Source: a virus
Lineage: Duplodnaviria > Caudoviricetes
Virus record (IMG/VR): IMGVR_UViG_3300033145_001400
Coordinates: 1-55,799 of that record
DNA length: 55,799 bases
Reading direction: 5' to 3' (one strand)
Below are positions 18,821 to 27,376 of the stretch, one piece after another. A program made the translations under genes and the position numbers. Below the pieces are notes generated by a model, which saw only the letters and a program-made list of their open reading frames with translations, had not been told where the DNA came from and searched no databases. Each line of letters opens with the position of its first letter. Positions within the stretch are counted from its first letter, which is position 1.

Positions 18821-20365
18821 TCATATTACCCTCCTAGCTATTTTCTTTTTAGTCAACCTATTAAAAGCCCCAGATGAGGAATCCGTTTGATCCTTAAACG
18901 TGGAGAATGGAAAATTCCTTAACTCATCCACGTATTTATGATTCCAATCTGCTACTAACAATAATACATTACCATTATTAACCTGTACTGAATAAGGATC
19001 AGCCCGGAATGCTTTATCCCCTGTAGGACGATCCGAGAAACAGCTAAACCCGGCCAAACGACGGATGGTTGCTTCTGCACTTTCTTTTCCACCAGATCCG
19101 GGTTCTTGTTCCACGCCAATTTCTGTCGTTCTTCCATCAGCGTCTGCTGTTTGTCTTATAATAGCTTCCCTCTGCTCCGTAGCCCACTGTCCACGCTTCA
19201 CATCCATTACCACATATGTATTATTCACTAACTTACACATCTTTACACCAACCGTGAATGCACCTTTACCTTCTGACCCTGCTTTATCCCAATATCTAAC
19301 TGTATGTGTAATATTATTTGGATGAGGAGCCCTAGTCAACATTTGGAAATGATCCACCTTGAACATTCCTCCTCCTGGTGGAGTTGGTTTCTGTCCAATC
19401 TGTCCAGCATATCCATATTGACCAAGTTCAGCTTTCATTTCTGCTAAAACACTCCATCCTAAACGCACCGAATCCAATAAATCATCTTTATAATATTTAA
19501 TTAATTCTTTTGGGTGAACTTGCTCCTTGTAATTTCTTATCTCTCCAGGTAATGATATTAACCTAACAATACCTTTTTTTCTATCCAATAAAAACCCTGT
19601 AGGATCATTCTGGGCTAATCGCTGCATAATACCTATCACAGCAGTTACCTTCTTATCAGTTTTTCTAGTAGATAATGTTTGGCTTAAAAACTGGTTAGCA
19701 TTCATCAATTCCACTTCACTAGCAGCTTGTTTTGGATTCAATAAATCATCCCATATAATAATATGCGCATGGAAGCCTGTTGATGTTCCTCCTACTGATG
19801 TACTAAACCGATTACCGCCTTGGTGTAAACGAGGCAACTGCCCTGGAAATACCTGCTCTTTTTTAACGATCTTAAAGTTTCCTTTGGCGTCTTTATCAGT
19901 TTTAATATCTAATTCAGGGTAAATTTCCTTAAACTTTTCACTCCTTATCAGATCCCTACTATACTCCGCTGATTCTAATGCCAAGTCTGCTGAATATGAT
20001 GCTGTAATAAACCTCATCCAATACCATTGAGTCCAACACCAAGCTGGAAACATTATACTACATATTATTGTCTTAGTACTACCTGGAGGAACATTGAATA
20101 TCAGATCATATTCTTTTGGTAATTTTTTAGATACCCGATAAGCTATTTTTTCCAACTCCGGACATAATACTTCTTCAATATGCCAATTACTTTTAAATTC
20201 ATCATTACTTACCTCTGACCAGAAGTATTTAAGAAATTCAAATAGATGACGATTATTAAGTTCCCTTTGTGCCTTTAAAGGATTTTTAAGTCCTTCCTCT
20301 ACTGTCTGGGCTTTGGTAAGTTTTGTTCTGGTATATGTTGATTTATCAATTACTTCTACTTCCAT
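18821..20365 (-). CDS. terL: Terminase large subunit
   Basis: NVPPGSTKT Walker A, IIWDD Walker B, IMQRL, RYWDKA, EQEPGSGGK, DQTD nuclease motif. Confidence 0.93.
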   Translation of the reverse strand: MEVEVIDKSTYTRTKLTKAQTVEEGLKNPLKAQRELNNRHLFEFLKYFWSEVSNDEFKSNWHIEEVLCPELEKIAYRVSKKLPKEYDLIFNVPPGSTKTIICSIMFPAWCWTQWYWMRFITASYSADLALESAEYSRDLIRSEKFKEIYPELDIKTDKDAKGNFKIVKKEQVFPGQLPRLHQGGNRFSTSVGGTSTGFHAHIIIWDDLLNPKQAASEVELMNANQFLSQTLSTRKTDKKVTAVIGIMQRLAQNDPTGFLLDRKKGIVRLISLPGEIRNYKEQVHPKELIKYYKDDLLDSVRLGWSVLAEMKAELGQYGYAGQIGQKPTPPGGGMFKVDHFQMLTRAPHPNNITHTVRYWDKAGSEGKGAFTVGVKMCKLVNNTYVVMDVKRGQWATEQREAIIRQTADADGRTTEIGVEQEPGSGGKESAEATIRRLAGFSCFSDRPTGDKAFRADPYSVQVNNGNVLLLVADWNHKYVDELRNFPFSTFKDQTDSSSGAFNRLTKKKIARRVI

Positions 20366-20936
20366 CTTGTAATATTTGTAATTGTTTCATTCCCATATCT
20401 CTCAACGATCTTAACTCCTTATCAGAAAATGCTGTAAAGTCTATTTTCTTTATATTCAGATTTATATTGCTAGTAAGTTCTGTTTTTTGGATGTCTGCCC
20501 AGAGAATTCTTTCCTTGATTGTTAATATCTTGAAAGCAGCCCAGGCATCAGGTTTGTAATATTTTATTATTGGAACTAATAAAGGTTCTGTATGCTCCTC
20601 TACTACTCTTCCATTTTCATCATATTTTTTTATCCGATTTGATAATATAACAGTATCAGGATGACTATATCCCACTGCTAATTCATAAAGTGATCTTGCT
20701 ACTCTTGCATTAGCTTGTCGCCTACCTTTATCCAGCATTCGTCTGAATTCAGGCTTTGTACGTTTCCAATATTCAATGGTTTGACTACTTACATCCATTA
20801 ATTCTGCTATTTGGTTATCAGTAGCCCCTAGGAAAGCATAATCAAAAGCTTGTTGAGTACGATCCTTATTCCACTTTACTGGCTTTTTTGTCCTTACTAA
20901 TGATTTTTTACCGTTTGAAAATCGGGTGCGAATCAT
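20346..20936 (-). CDS. terS: Terminase small subunit
   Basis: HTH GATDNQIAELMDVSSQTIEYWK and ARVARSLYELAVGY; upstream of terL. Confidence 0.8.
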   Translation of the reverse strand: MIRTRFSNGKKSLVRTKKPVKWNKDRTQQAFDYAFLGATDNQIAELMDVSSQTIEYWKRTKPEFRRMLDKGRRQANARVARSLYELAVGYSHPDTVILSNRIKKYDENGRVVEEHTEPLLVPIIKYYKPDAWAAFKILTIKERILWADIQKTELTSNINLNIKKIDFTAFSDKELRSLRDMGMKQLQILQDGSRSN

Positions 20937-21078
20937 AAAATCAATGTTTTATTAACGATATAATAATAAAAAAAATATTTCTTATCCCCAAATTTAATTT
21001 TATTTATTTTTTAACTCATTGATTTACAAATACTTATACCCTATTAAAAATTATTTTTAAAAATTTATTAAAAAAAGC

Positions 21079-21110
21079 TTGTTTATTAATAAAATTATAT
21101 TTATCTTTCG
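21079..21110 (+). promoter_or_regulatory. Candidate Bacteroidota-type early promoter
   Basis: TTG-N20-TATCTTTCG, close to the TTG-N19-TAnnTTTG consensus, in the AT-rich divergent intergenic region. Confidence 0.4.
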
Positions 21111-21153
21111 GATGTCAAAAAGTTCTAAATATGATTTACTTCAAAAAACAAAT

Positions 21154-21226
21154 CCAGCATCAGAGTTCCATTCGTGGAAACGATTTTTCATATTTATCGT
21201 TGACAGCTCTGGTGCTGGTTCTTTTT
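21154..21226 (+). ncRNA. Structured leader RNA (three-way junction followed by a U-rich tract)
   Basis: 12-bp outer stem CCAGCATCAGAG/CTCTGGTGCTGG enclosing TTCCA-TTCG-TGGAA and ACGAT..ATCGT hairpins. Confidence 0.5.
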
Positions 21227-21229
21227 CAC

Positions 21230-21307
21230 GGCTTAGCTCCATTGGATGATAGCCCAGTGAGAGGCCAGGAACCCGGAAGGGTGTTGGTTCGAATCCAACC
21301 AAAGCCA
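21230..21307 (+). ncRNA. tRNA-like element / pseudo-tRNA (no assignable anticodon)
   Basis: T-arm GTTGG-TTCGAAT-CCAAC, acceptor GGCTTAG/CAAAGCC (6 of 7 pairs), ACCC-GGAA-GGGT arm, D-like TAGCTCCATTGG. Confidence 0.5.
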
Positions 21308-21345
21308 CTACATTATTTACTATTACAAACTAAAAAATCAAAGTC

Positions 21346-22971
21346 ATGAAATCCCGCTCCGCCATATTAACAACCATAGGAAATTCTCAACAACCAAAAA
21401 TCAAAGTCACATTTCCTTTCTCCTATGATGACTTAGATAAGGTGAGAACTCTACCTGCCAGACAATATCACTCAGATGGAAAGTTTTGGTCTTGTCCTCT
21501 AAGTATTGATGCTGTTGAAATGTTACAGGATTGGGGTTTCCAAATTGATACCCAACTCCTGTCTTTCCTCCAGAAAAGCAAAGTCCATGTCAACGAAGTG
21601 GAAAAGATTGACGTGCCTGGATTAAAGGGCTCACTATATCCTTTTCAAGAAAAAGGTGTTGGCTTTTTAGAAGCTAAATGTGGTAGGGCCTTAATTGGAG
21701 ATGAAATGGGTTTGGGGAAGACCATACAAACATTAGCTTGGTTACAACTGCATCCTGAATTAACTCCTATTATTATTGTAGTACCAGCTTCTTTGAAACT
21801 TAATTGGGAAAGGGAGATTAATATGTGGATGAGTAATCCAGGTACCGTCAAAATACTATCAGGCACCACTCCATTTCCTTTATCAGCAAATTATATTGAC
21901 ATTGTCATAATCAATTATGATATTTTGTCTGCTTGGGTTGATAAAATAAAGAAAATGAAACCACAAGTAATGATTCTGGACGAAATACATTATACGAAAA
22001 ATAGTCAGGCAAAACGAACCAAAGCCGTTAAGAAATTAGGAAAATATATTCCTCACGTTATTGGTCTTAGTGGTACACCTATTGTTAACCGTCCTATTGA
22101 AATCTACAATGCTATTAATATCATTGATCGTACTGTATTTCCTAGTCAATGGGATTATACTGCTCGGTATTGTGCCCGTAAGTATAATGGTTTTGGTTGG
22201 GATGTTTCAGGAGCAAGTAATACTGAGGAATTGAATTATAAACTTACTAATACTATTATGCTCCGTCGCTTAAAGAAAGATGTTCTACCTGATCTACCTA
22301 ATAAGGTACGGTCATATGTTCCTATTGAATTAGATAATATAAAGGATTATCAATATGCAGAACGTAATTTTATTTCGTTTGTAAAACAGTATAAAGGCAA
22401 GGAGGCTGCTGCTAGGGCAAGTAACGCTCAAGCATTGGCTGAAATTGAAGGGCTGAAACAATTAGCTGTCCGTGGTAAATTACAACATTGCATTAATTGG
22501 ATTCATACATTCTTAGAATCAGATGAAAAGTTGGTAGTGTTTGCTACTCATAAATTCGTTGTTGAAGCTATAATGAAAGGATTTCCAAAAGTGGCAGTCA
22601 AAGTTGATGGATCAGTTACTGGTAAGAATAGACAATTAGCCGTTGATTCGTTTCAAAAACTTTCTTCGGTTCGTTTATTTGTTGGAAACATAAAGGCTGC
22701 TGGAGTTGGTATAACTCTTACAGCTGCCAGCAATGTAGCTTTTATTGAGTTGCCATGGACCAGCGGAGAAGTTTCCCAAGCAGAAGACCGCGTTCATAGG
22801 ATTGGACAAAAGAACTCAGTTAATATATATTACTTATTAGCCAATGAAACCATAGAAGAACGTATTGCAACATTGATTGATAAAAAACGCAAAGTATTAG
22901 ATTCCGTATTGGATGGAAAAATAACTGAAACAGGATCCTTGTTAATAGAATTAATTAATGAATATGAATAA
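21346..22971 (+). CDS. SNF2-family helicase (HARP/SMARCAL1-like)
   Basis: DEMGLGKT, DEIH, LSGTP, GVGITLTAA, QAEDRVHRIGQ. Confidence 0.92.
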   Translation: MKSRSAILTTIGNSQQPKIKVTFPFSYDDLDKVRTLPARQYHSDGKFWSCPLSIDAVEMLQDWGFQIDTQLLSFLQKSKVHVNEVEKIDVPGLKGSLYPFQEKGVGFLEAKCGRALIGDEMGLGKTIQTLAWLQLHPELTPIIIVVPASLKLNWEREINMWMSNPGTVKILSGTTPFPLSANYIDIVIINYDILSAWVDKIKKMKPQVMILDEIHYTKNSQAKRTKAVKKLGKYIPHVIGLSGTPIVNRPIEIYNAINIIDRTVFPSQWDYTARYCARKYNGFGWDVSGASNTEELNYKLTNTIMLRRLKKDVLPDLPNKVRSYVPIELDNIKDYQYAERNFISFVKQYKGKEAAARASNAQALAEIEGLKQLAVRGKLQHCINWIHTFLESDEKLVVFATHKFVVEAIMKGFPKVAVKVDGSVTGKNRQLAVDSFQKLSSVRLFVGNIKAAGVGITLTAASNVAFIELPWTSGEVSQAEDRVHRIGQKNSVNIYYLLANETIEERIATLIDKKRKVLDSVLDGKITETGSLLIELINEYE

Positions 22972-22990
22972 TAATTTAAAACTCTAAATA

Positions 22991-23488
22991 ATGAACCGAA
23001 CCACCCAACCCAAACCCCGACAACTGGAAACAAATATAAGTTTGATTCGTAAGATTGCCTGGTCATTCCACAACTCCACAGGAGAAGAATGGGATGATTT
23101 GTTCCAGGAAGCCTCCCTAGCATACTTAGAAGCTTTGGCAACATATGATCCCAAGAAAGGAAAGATAACCACCTATATGTGGCACTGTATCTCCTCTCAC
23201 TTAGTAAACTATCTGAGAAAACAATACCATCAAAACGGGCATATTGAATCTGTAGAAGATATCCGAACAGTTGATCGTCCTGTAGAATCCACGCCGTTAA
23301 TGCAATCACTGGGAGTGGATGCTAAAGAGATTGCTAATATGGTTTTATCTCATTCTACGGTGTTTGATAACCTTTCTCCTCAACTTGCTCAGGATAATAT
23401 TTCCCGAGTATTGTTTCATCGTAAAAACTGGACATTGAGTAGGATTAGAAGGGTGATGCAGGAATTGAGATTAGTGTTTTCTGGTTAA
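22991..23488 (+). CDS. Phage sigma-70-like factor (region 2)
   Basis: LIRKIAW...DDLFQEASLAYLEALATYDPKKG-ITTY. Confidence 0.75.
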   Translation: MNRTTQPKPRQLETNISLIRKIAWSFHNSTGEEWDDLFQEASLAYLEALATYDPKKGKITTYMWHCISSHLVNYLRKQYHQNGHIESVEDIRTVDRPVESTPLMQSLGVDAKEIANMVLSHSTVFDNLSPQLAQDNISRVLFHRKNWTLSRIRRVMQELRLVFSG

Positions 23489-23507
23489 ATAAAAAATTTG
23501 TATAATA
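23484..23507 (+). promoter_or_regulatory. Phage promoter motif copy 1 (TTTGTATAATA)
   Basis: GTTAAATAAAAAATTTGTATAATA, identical to 32391-32414; about 20 nt upstream of the pentamer array. Confidence 0.6.
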
Positions 23508-23526
23508 CATTATAAAGTTCTTTTTT

Positions 23527-23797
23527 GGCTTGGTGAGGTTTGGCAGATGAGGTTAGGTTAGGTAGGGGCAGGTAAGGTTTGATAGGGTGAGGTGAGGTCG
23601 GGTCAGGTATGGTAAGGTAGGGTGGGGTCAGGTACGGTTTGGTAAGGCAGATGAAGTCTGGTGAGGTGTGATAGGATCGGGTTAGGTGTGGTAAGGTGAG
23701 GTAAGGTGGGGTAAGGCAGTTGAGGCCGGGTTTGGTAAGGTCTGGTGAGGTGCGGTCAGGTAGGGTTAGGTGTGGTAAGGTTTGGTAAGGCAGGTAA
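23527..23797 (+). repeat. GGY-NN pentamer array, putative guide-like ncRNA
   Basis: 51 five-nt units (mostly GGT plus a variable dinucleotide) and four 4-nt GGCA punctuations at 23542, 23646, 23715 and 23789. Confidence 0.9.
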
Positions 23798-23831
23798 AAA
23801 AATTTATTAATAATCACTTAAAATTTTAATT

Positions 23832-24314
23832 ATGAATACAAAAAATGTTTATCAATGGAAAATTGAATCCCTTGCAAAAAAAGTAGATGTTTACAAAGCA
23901 GTCAATGAATTTGAAAGGGTTGAAAAGGAGTTTGGAAAATTAACCCCGAAAAATGTAGTCGAAGCATCCCGACCAAAAAAGGCAGTATTACATTCAATTA
24001 TTTTTGAAATAGAAGATTTCAAAGCTGCTGAAAAATACAGACAGCAATTAGCAAGAAACATTATTAATAATGTGGATGTTCAAATTATTACTGATTCTGG
24101 AGTGCATGCTATATCCAATTATGAAATAGTAGTTATAAAAGATATAGGTAGGCAATACAAAAGTATTGAAACTTTAACTTTCGACGAAATTGAACAAGTA
24201 CGAAATTCTACCTTATCAATTTTAAAACAAGCATCCCATAAGTTAAAAATGTACAAAGAATTTGACAAAGTTCTTGATTATCTAAATAAAGCAGTGGAAT
24301 TATTAGTGGAATAA
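23832..24314 (+). CDS. Conserved phage protein adjacent to the pentamer array
   Basis: 160 aa, GKLTPKNVVEASRP...LH..IFE..D..AAEKYRQQLAR pattern. Confidence 0.7.
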   Translation: MNTKNVYQWKIESLAKKVDVYKAVNEFERVEKEFGKLTPKNVVEASRPKKAVLHSIIFEIEDFKAAEKYRQQLARNIINNVDVQIITDSGVHAISNYEIVVIKDIGRQYKSIETLTFDEIEQVRNSTLSILKQASHKLKMYKEFDKVLDYLNKAVELLVE

Positions 24315-24368
24315 AAATACTGCCATTAAGAATAAGAAAACCATAACGTACAAGCGTTTATTTTTTAA

Positions 24369-24379
24369 TTTGTATAATA
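24369..24379 (+). promoter_or_regulatory. Phage promoter motif copy 2
   Basis: Intergenic TTTGTATAATA upstream of ORF 24398. Confidence 0.55.
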
Positions 24380-24397
24380 ATATAAAACTTAGAAATC

Positions 24398-24589
24398 ATG
24401 AAAAAAACTTTAATTAACTCAATCAAATTTACAATTCTTTCTGCCAGTAAATCTGGTATTGAACCAATTATAAATAATTGGCTTTATGAACAAGAAAGTA
24501 AACAAATAGAAGTATTAATAATTGATATACAATATTCAGTAAGAGAACAAGGTGAAATATATTGTTTTATTTTATATCAAGAACAATAA
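24398..24589 (+). CDS. Hypothetical protein
   Basis: 63 aa ORF following a promoter motif. Confidence 0.5.
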   Translation: MKKTLINSIKFTILSASKSGIEPIINNWLYEQESKQIEVLIIDIQYSVREQGEIYCFILYQEQ

Positions 24590-24611
24590 AAATACAATCA
24601 GTACTATAAGA

Positions 24612-25511
24612 ATGAACCTCCAAAAGCTATACGAAGATTTTAGCATTCCTTACGCCCCGGAAGAACATCGACACTATCGGGACGGCTGGGTTAACACTGG
24701 TTGTCCATTCTGTTCCGGACACGAAGGAATGCACTTAGGTTGGGAAATAGAAAGTAACCACTACTATTGCTGGCGCTGCGGCTGGCATAAAACCACTACC
24801 ACTATTAGCAAACTATTAAGAGTCTCCGAAAAAGAAGCCACACATATAATTCGACAATACAAGGTAGGTATCCCCACGACAAAAGAAACCAAAGTCAAAA
24901 TCCGTAAGAAAGCTCATCGTTTGCCCAGCAATACAGAACCATTATCAACTCGTCATAAAAACTATCTTATTAATCGTGGATTTGATCCCGATTATTTAGA
25001 ACAGAAATATGGATTACTTGGAACCGGTCCAGTCAGCTCCCTGGATAACATTAATTTTAAATTTCGTATTGTAGTTCCTATATTCTGGGAAGGTAAGCAA
25101 GTTAGTTTTCAAACACGGGATATTACCAATAGACATCATTTGAAATATATAACCTGCCCAAAGGACAGAGAGTTAATTTTTCATAAAGATATTCTATATG
25201 GAAAAACTCCTTTCTTAACAGATATTGGAATAATAGTAGAAGGAATTACAGATGTTTGGCGATTTGGTGATTTTTCATATGCCACGTTTGGGATTGAATA
25301 TACATATAAACAAATTCGTTTGATTGGTCAAATGTTTAAACGGGTTGCTGTTGTATTCGATAGAGAATCTCAAGCTATAATACAAGCAAACAAACTGGTT
25401 GGAGAATTAAAATTCAGAAGAGTAGATGCTTGGCGGGTAGATATTGATGACGATCCTGGCGCAATGAAACAAACGGATGCAGATTACTTAATTAAAAATA
25501 TAATAAAATGA
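24612..25511 (+). CDS. DNA primase (Zn finger plus TOPRIM)
   Basis: CPFC...CWRC, IIVEGITD, VVFDRE, DPG. Start reassigned to ATG 24612. Confidence 0.85.
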   Translation: MNLQKLYEDFSIPYAPEEHRHYRDGWVNTGCPFCSGHEGMHLGWEIESNHYYCWRCGWHKTTTTISKLLRVSEKEATHIIRQYKVGIPTTKETKVKIRKKAHRLPSNTEPLSTRHKNYLINRGFDPDYLEQKYGLLGTGPVSSLDNINFKFRIVVPIFWEGKQVSFQTRDITNRHHLKYITCPKDRELIFHKDILYGKTPFLTDIGIIVEGITDVWRFGDFSYATFGIEYTYKQIRLIGQMFKRVAVVFDRESQAIIQANKLVGELKFRRVDAWRVDIDDDPGAMKQTDADYLIKNIIK

Positions 25512-25702
25512 AAATAAGTATAAACTCTCATGTGGTATTTGGTTATCCTTATTCAGTTTCAGAAATTGATATAGGTGACCCAACTGAAAAAATCATAGAA
25601 CTCCCAGATAAAATAGCTAAAAGATGGTTAGCTTCACAAAAGGCTTATGATATATGGCAAAAAGAAGTTGACGAATATATGGATATAGAAAGGACTAAAT
25701 AA
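25508..25702 (+). CDS. Hypothetical protein
   Basis: 64 aa, overlapping the primase stop. Confidence 0.5.
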   Translation: MKISINSHVVFGYPYSVSEIDIGDPTEKIIELPDKIAKRWLASQKAYDIWQKEVDEYMDIERTK

Positions 25703-25833
25703 TTGATTTACAATAAATAAAAAATAAATTTGGTTATGTCAATATTTATTATTAATTTTATGGCATATTTCAATTGTATAGCCTGGATACAAGCGAAAAA
25801 ACGAAATTTTGTAGTTTTTAGTTTGTAGTGAAT

Positions 25834-25881
25834 AATCTAAGGGGAGTAGGTGCCAGGCTTACTGAAACCCTTAGATTTTTT
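25834..25881 (+). terminator. Terminator/attenuator hairpin upstream of the replication initiator
   Basis: Perfect 10-bp stem AATCTAAGGG/CCCTTAGATT followed by Ts; inner stem AGTAGG/CTTACT. Confidence 0.55.
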
Positions 25882-25900
25882 AATTTAATACTTATCTGTA

Positions 25901-26755
25901 ATGAAACGGACAAAATCTCCTCAAAACCAAAAAGCAAATATTTCTTATGCTGTAGATGAAGAACCGATTGTATTATCAAAACCATTATTAGATACATTCT
26001 TATCTCAACCAAAACCAGCTGATCTAATATCATTATATTGCTTCTATTATTATACTGCTAAATGGCAAAAGACAAATCAACCAAAGGCAACCACTGGTTA
26101 TGTAGCTAAAGGATTAGTCTGGGGAACTGATAGAGTAAGGAATGCTAAAAAGGGACTAATAAAACTTAAATTGATTGAAGATATTGTAACTCGTGGTGAA
26201 GGAAACCGAGTTGTTGGTCATTATATTAAGGTTAATTTCATTTGGAAAACCACAACTATCAAGGATTACTTCCACCCTCAGGGTTTTCCAGAGTCTGGAA
26301 ATGCCCACACTGTGGAAGGTAATGAGGGAAATGCTTTAAGTTCTAATAATATAAATGCTTTAAGTACTAATACTTCTTTCAGCGATTTGGGAAATTCTAC
26401 CAAATTAAATAATTATATTACACCAAATCAATTTAATAAATTTTGGAAGATATATCCAAAGAAGACTGATAAAGGCAAAGCTTTGACCAAATGGAATAAG
26501 ATATGTTCCAAGCCTCCAAAGGAACGTCCCAGATGGAAAGATATTAGAGTGGCTATTCACAGGCAAAAGGAATCAGAACGTTGGCAGGATAAAAGATTTA
26601 TTCCTAATCCAACAACTTGGTTGAATCAAAACCGTTGGTTAGATGATCCAGAGGAGATGAAAAATTATAATAGGAATGAGTCTATTAATGCATCTGGTAG
26701 TCGTAGTGGTAGTTCAGAACATCCAACATATATAGAATATGATGAACAATTATAA
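25901..26755 (+). CDS. Replication initiator (lambda O/DnaD-like)
   Basis: N-terminal wHTH-like region; C-terminal FNKFWKIYPKK-DKGKA...FIPNPTTWLNQNRWLD; upstream of a DnaC-like gene. Confidence 0.8.
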   Translation: MKRTKSPQNQKANISYAVDEEPIVLSKPLLDTFLSQPKPADLISLYCFYYYTAKWQKTNQPKATTGYVAKGLVWGTDRVRNAKKGLIKLKLIEDIVTRGEGNRVVGHYIKVNFIWKTTTIKDYFHPQGFPESGNAHTVEGNEGNALSSNNINALSTNTSFSDLGNSTKLNNYITPNQFNKFWKIYPKKTDKGKALTKWNKICSKPPKERPRWKDIRVAIHRQKESERWQDKRFIPNPTTWLNQNRWLDDPEEMKNYNRNESINASGSRSGSSEHPTYIEYDEQL

Positions 26756-26766
26756 AAACTTATATT

Positions 26767-27339
26767 ATGATAGATAGATTAAAGATTTGGCAAAAGAATT
26801 ATCTACCAAAGATCCTTGAAGAACTCCCTCCTAGGATACAAAAGGATATGAAAAATCTACCTTTCCCAAAAGAATTAAAGAAAGTAGAAAGTACTTTTAT
26901 TTACGGTAAAATTGGATCAGGTAAAACCATTCAAGCTGTTTATATGATGTTAAGTGAATCAAGAATTTGTTTTCTTAATAGACAACCTAACAATGTAGAG
27001 TTTATTTCTGTTCCTGAATTATTGTTAAGAATTAAAAATAGTTATTCTAACAGAGAAGAAAATCAAATGACTGAAGAAAGTTTAGTATATCATTATAGTT
27101 CTATACCTTTTTTAGTATTAGATGATATTGGAGTGGAGAAAATAACGGATTGGTCATTTCAATTATTGTATATCATAATTAACCGCAGATATGAGCATTT
27201 CAAAAAAACTATTTTTACATCCAACTTTAGTCTTAGTGAGTTAGCTAAGAAATTAGGAGATGATCGTATCCCATCCCGTATTCAACAAATGTGTACGATA
27301 ATTAAATCGAAGAATGTTAATTATAGAGATAGGAAGTGA
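26767..27339 (+). CDS. DnaC/IstB-like helicase loader ATPase
   Basis: GKIGSGKT, LVLDDIG, IINRRYE, TIFTSN, RIPSRI. Confidence 0.88.
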   Translation: MIDRLKIWQKNYLPKILEELPPRIQKDMKNLPFPKELKKVESTFIYGKIGSGKTIQAVYMMLSESRICFLNRQPNNVEFISVPELLLRIKNSYSNREENQMTEESLVYHYSSIPFLVLDDIGVEKITDWSFQLLYIIINRRYEHFKKTIFTSNFSLSELAKKLGDDRIPSRIQQMCTIIKSKNVNYRDRK

Positions 27340-27376
27340 ACTATTCTTTGTCAAGAAATTGATAATTATTTAATAT

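Noticed and set aside
245-19325. Numerous plus-strand ORFs antisense to the late operon, and minus-strand ORFs within the early arm
   Set aside because: They are fully nested opposite well-supported genes and show no motifs; they are shadow ORFs.
21131-21349. 72-aa ORF upstream of the SNF2 helicase
   Set aside because: It overlaps the structured leader and tRNA-like element and has no protein motif. It is probably non-coding, though a leader peptide is not excluded.
23527-23797. CRISPR array, simple microsatellite or telomere-like repeat
   Set aside because: There are no 25-40 bp repeats with spacers and no cas genes. Variation is confined to two positions per unit, unlike slippage repeats. 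A G-quadruplex role cannot be excluded but would not explain the GGCA segmentation.
23485-23817. 110-aa minus-strand ORF rich in Pro/Leu/Thr
   Set aside because: It is the antisense translation of the 5-nt repeat. The period is not a multiple of 3 and the ORF opposes all neighbouring genes.
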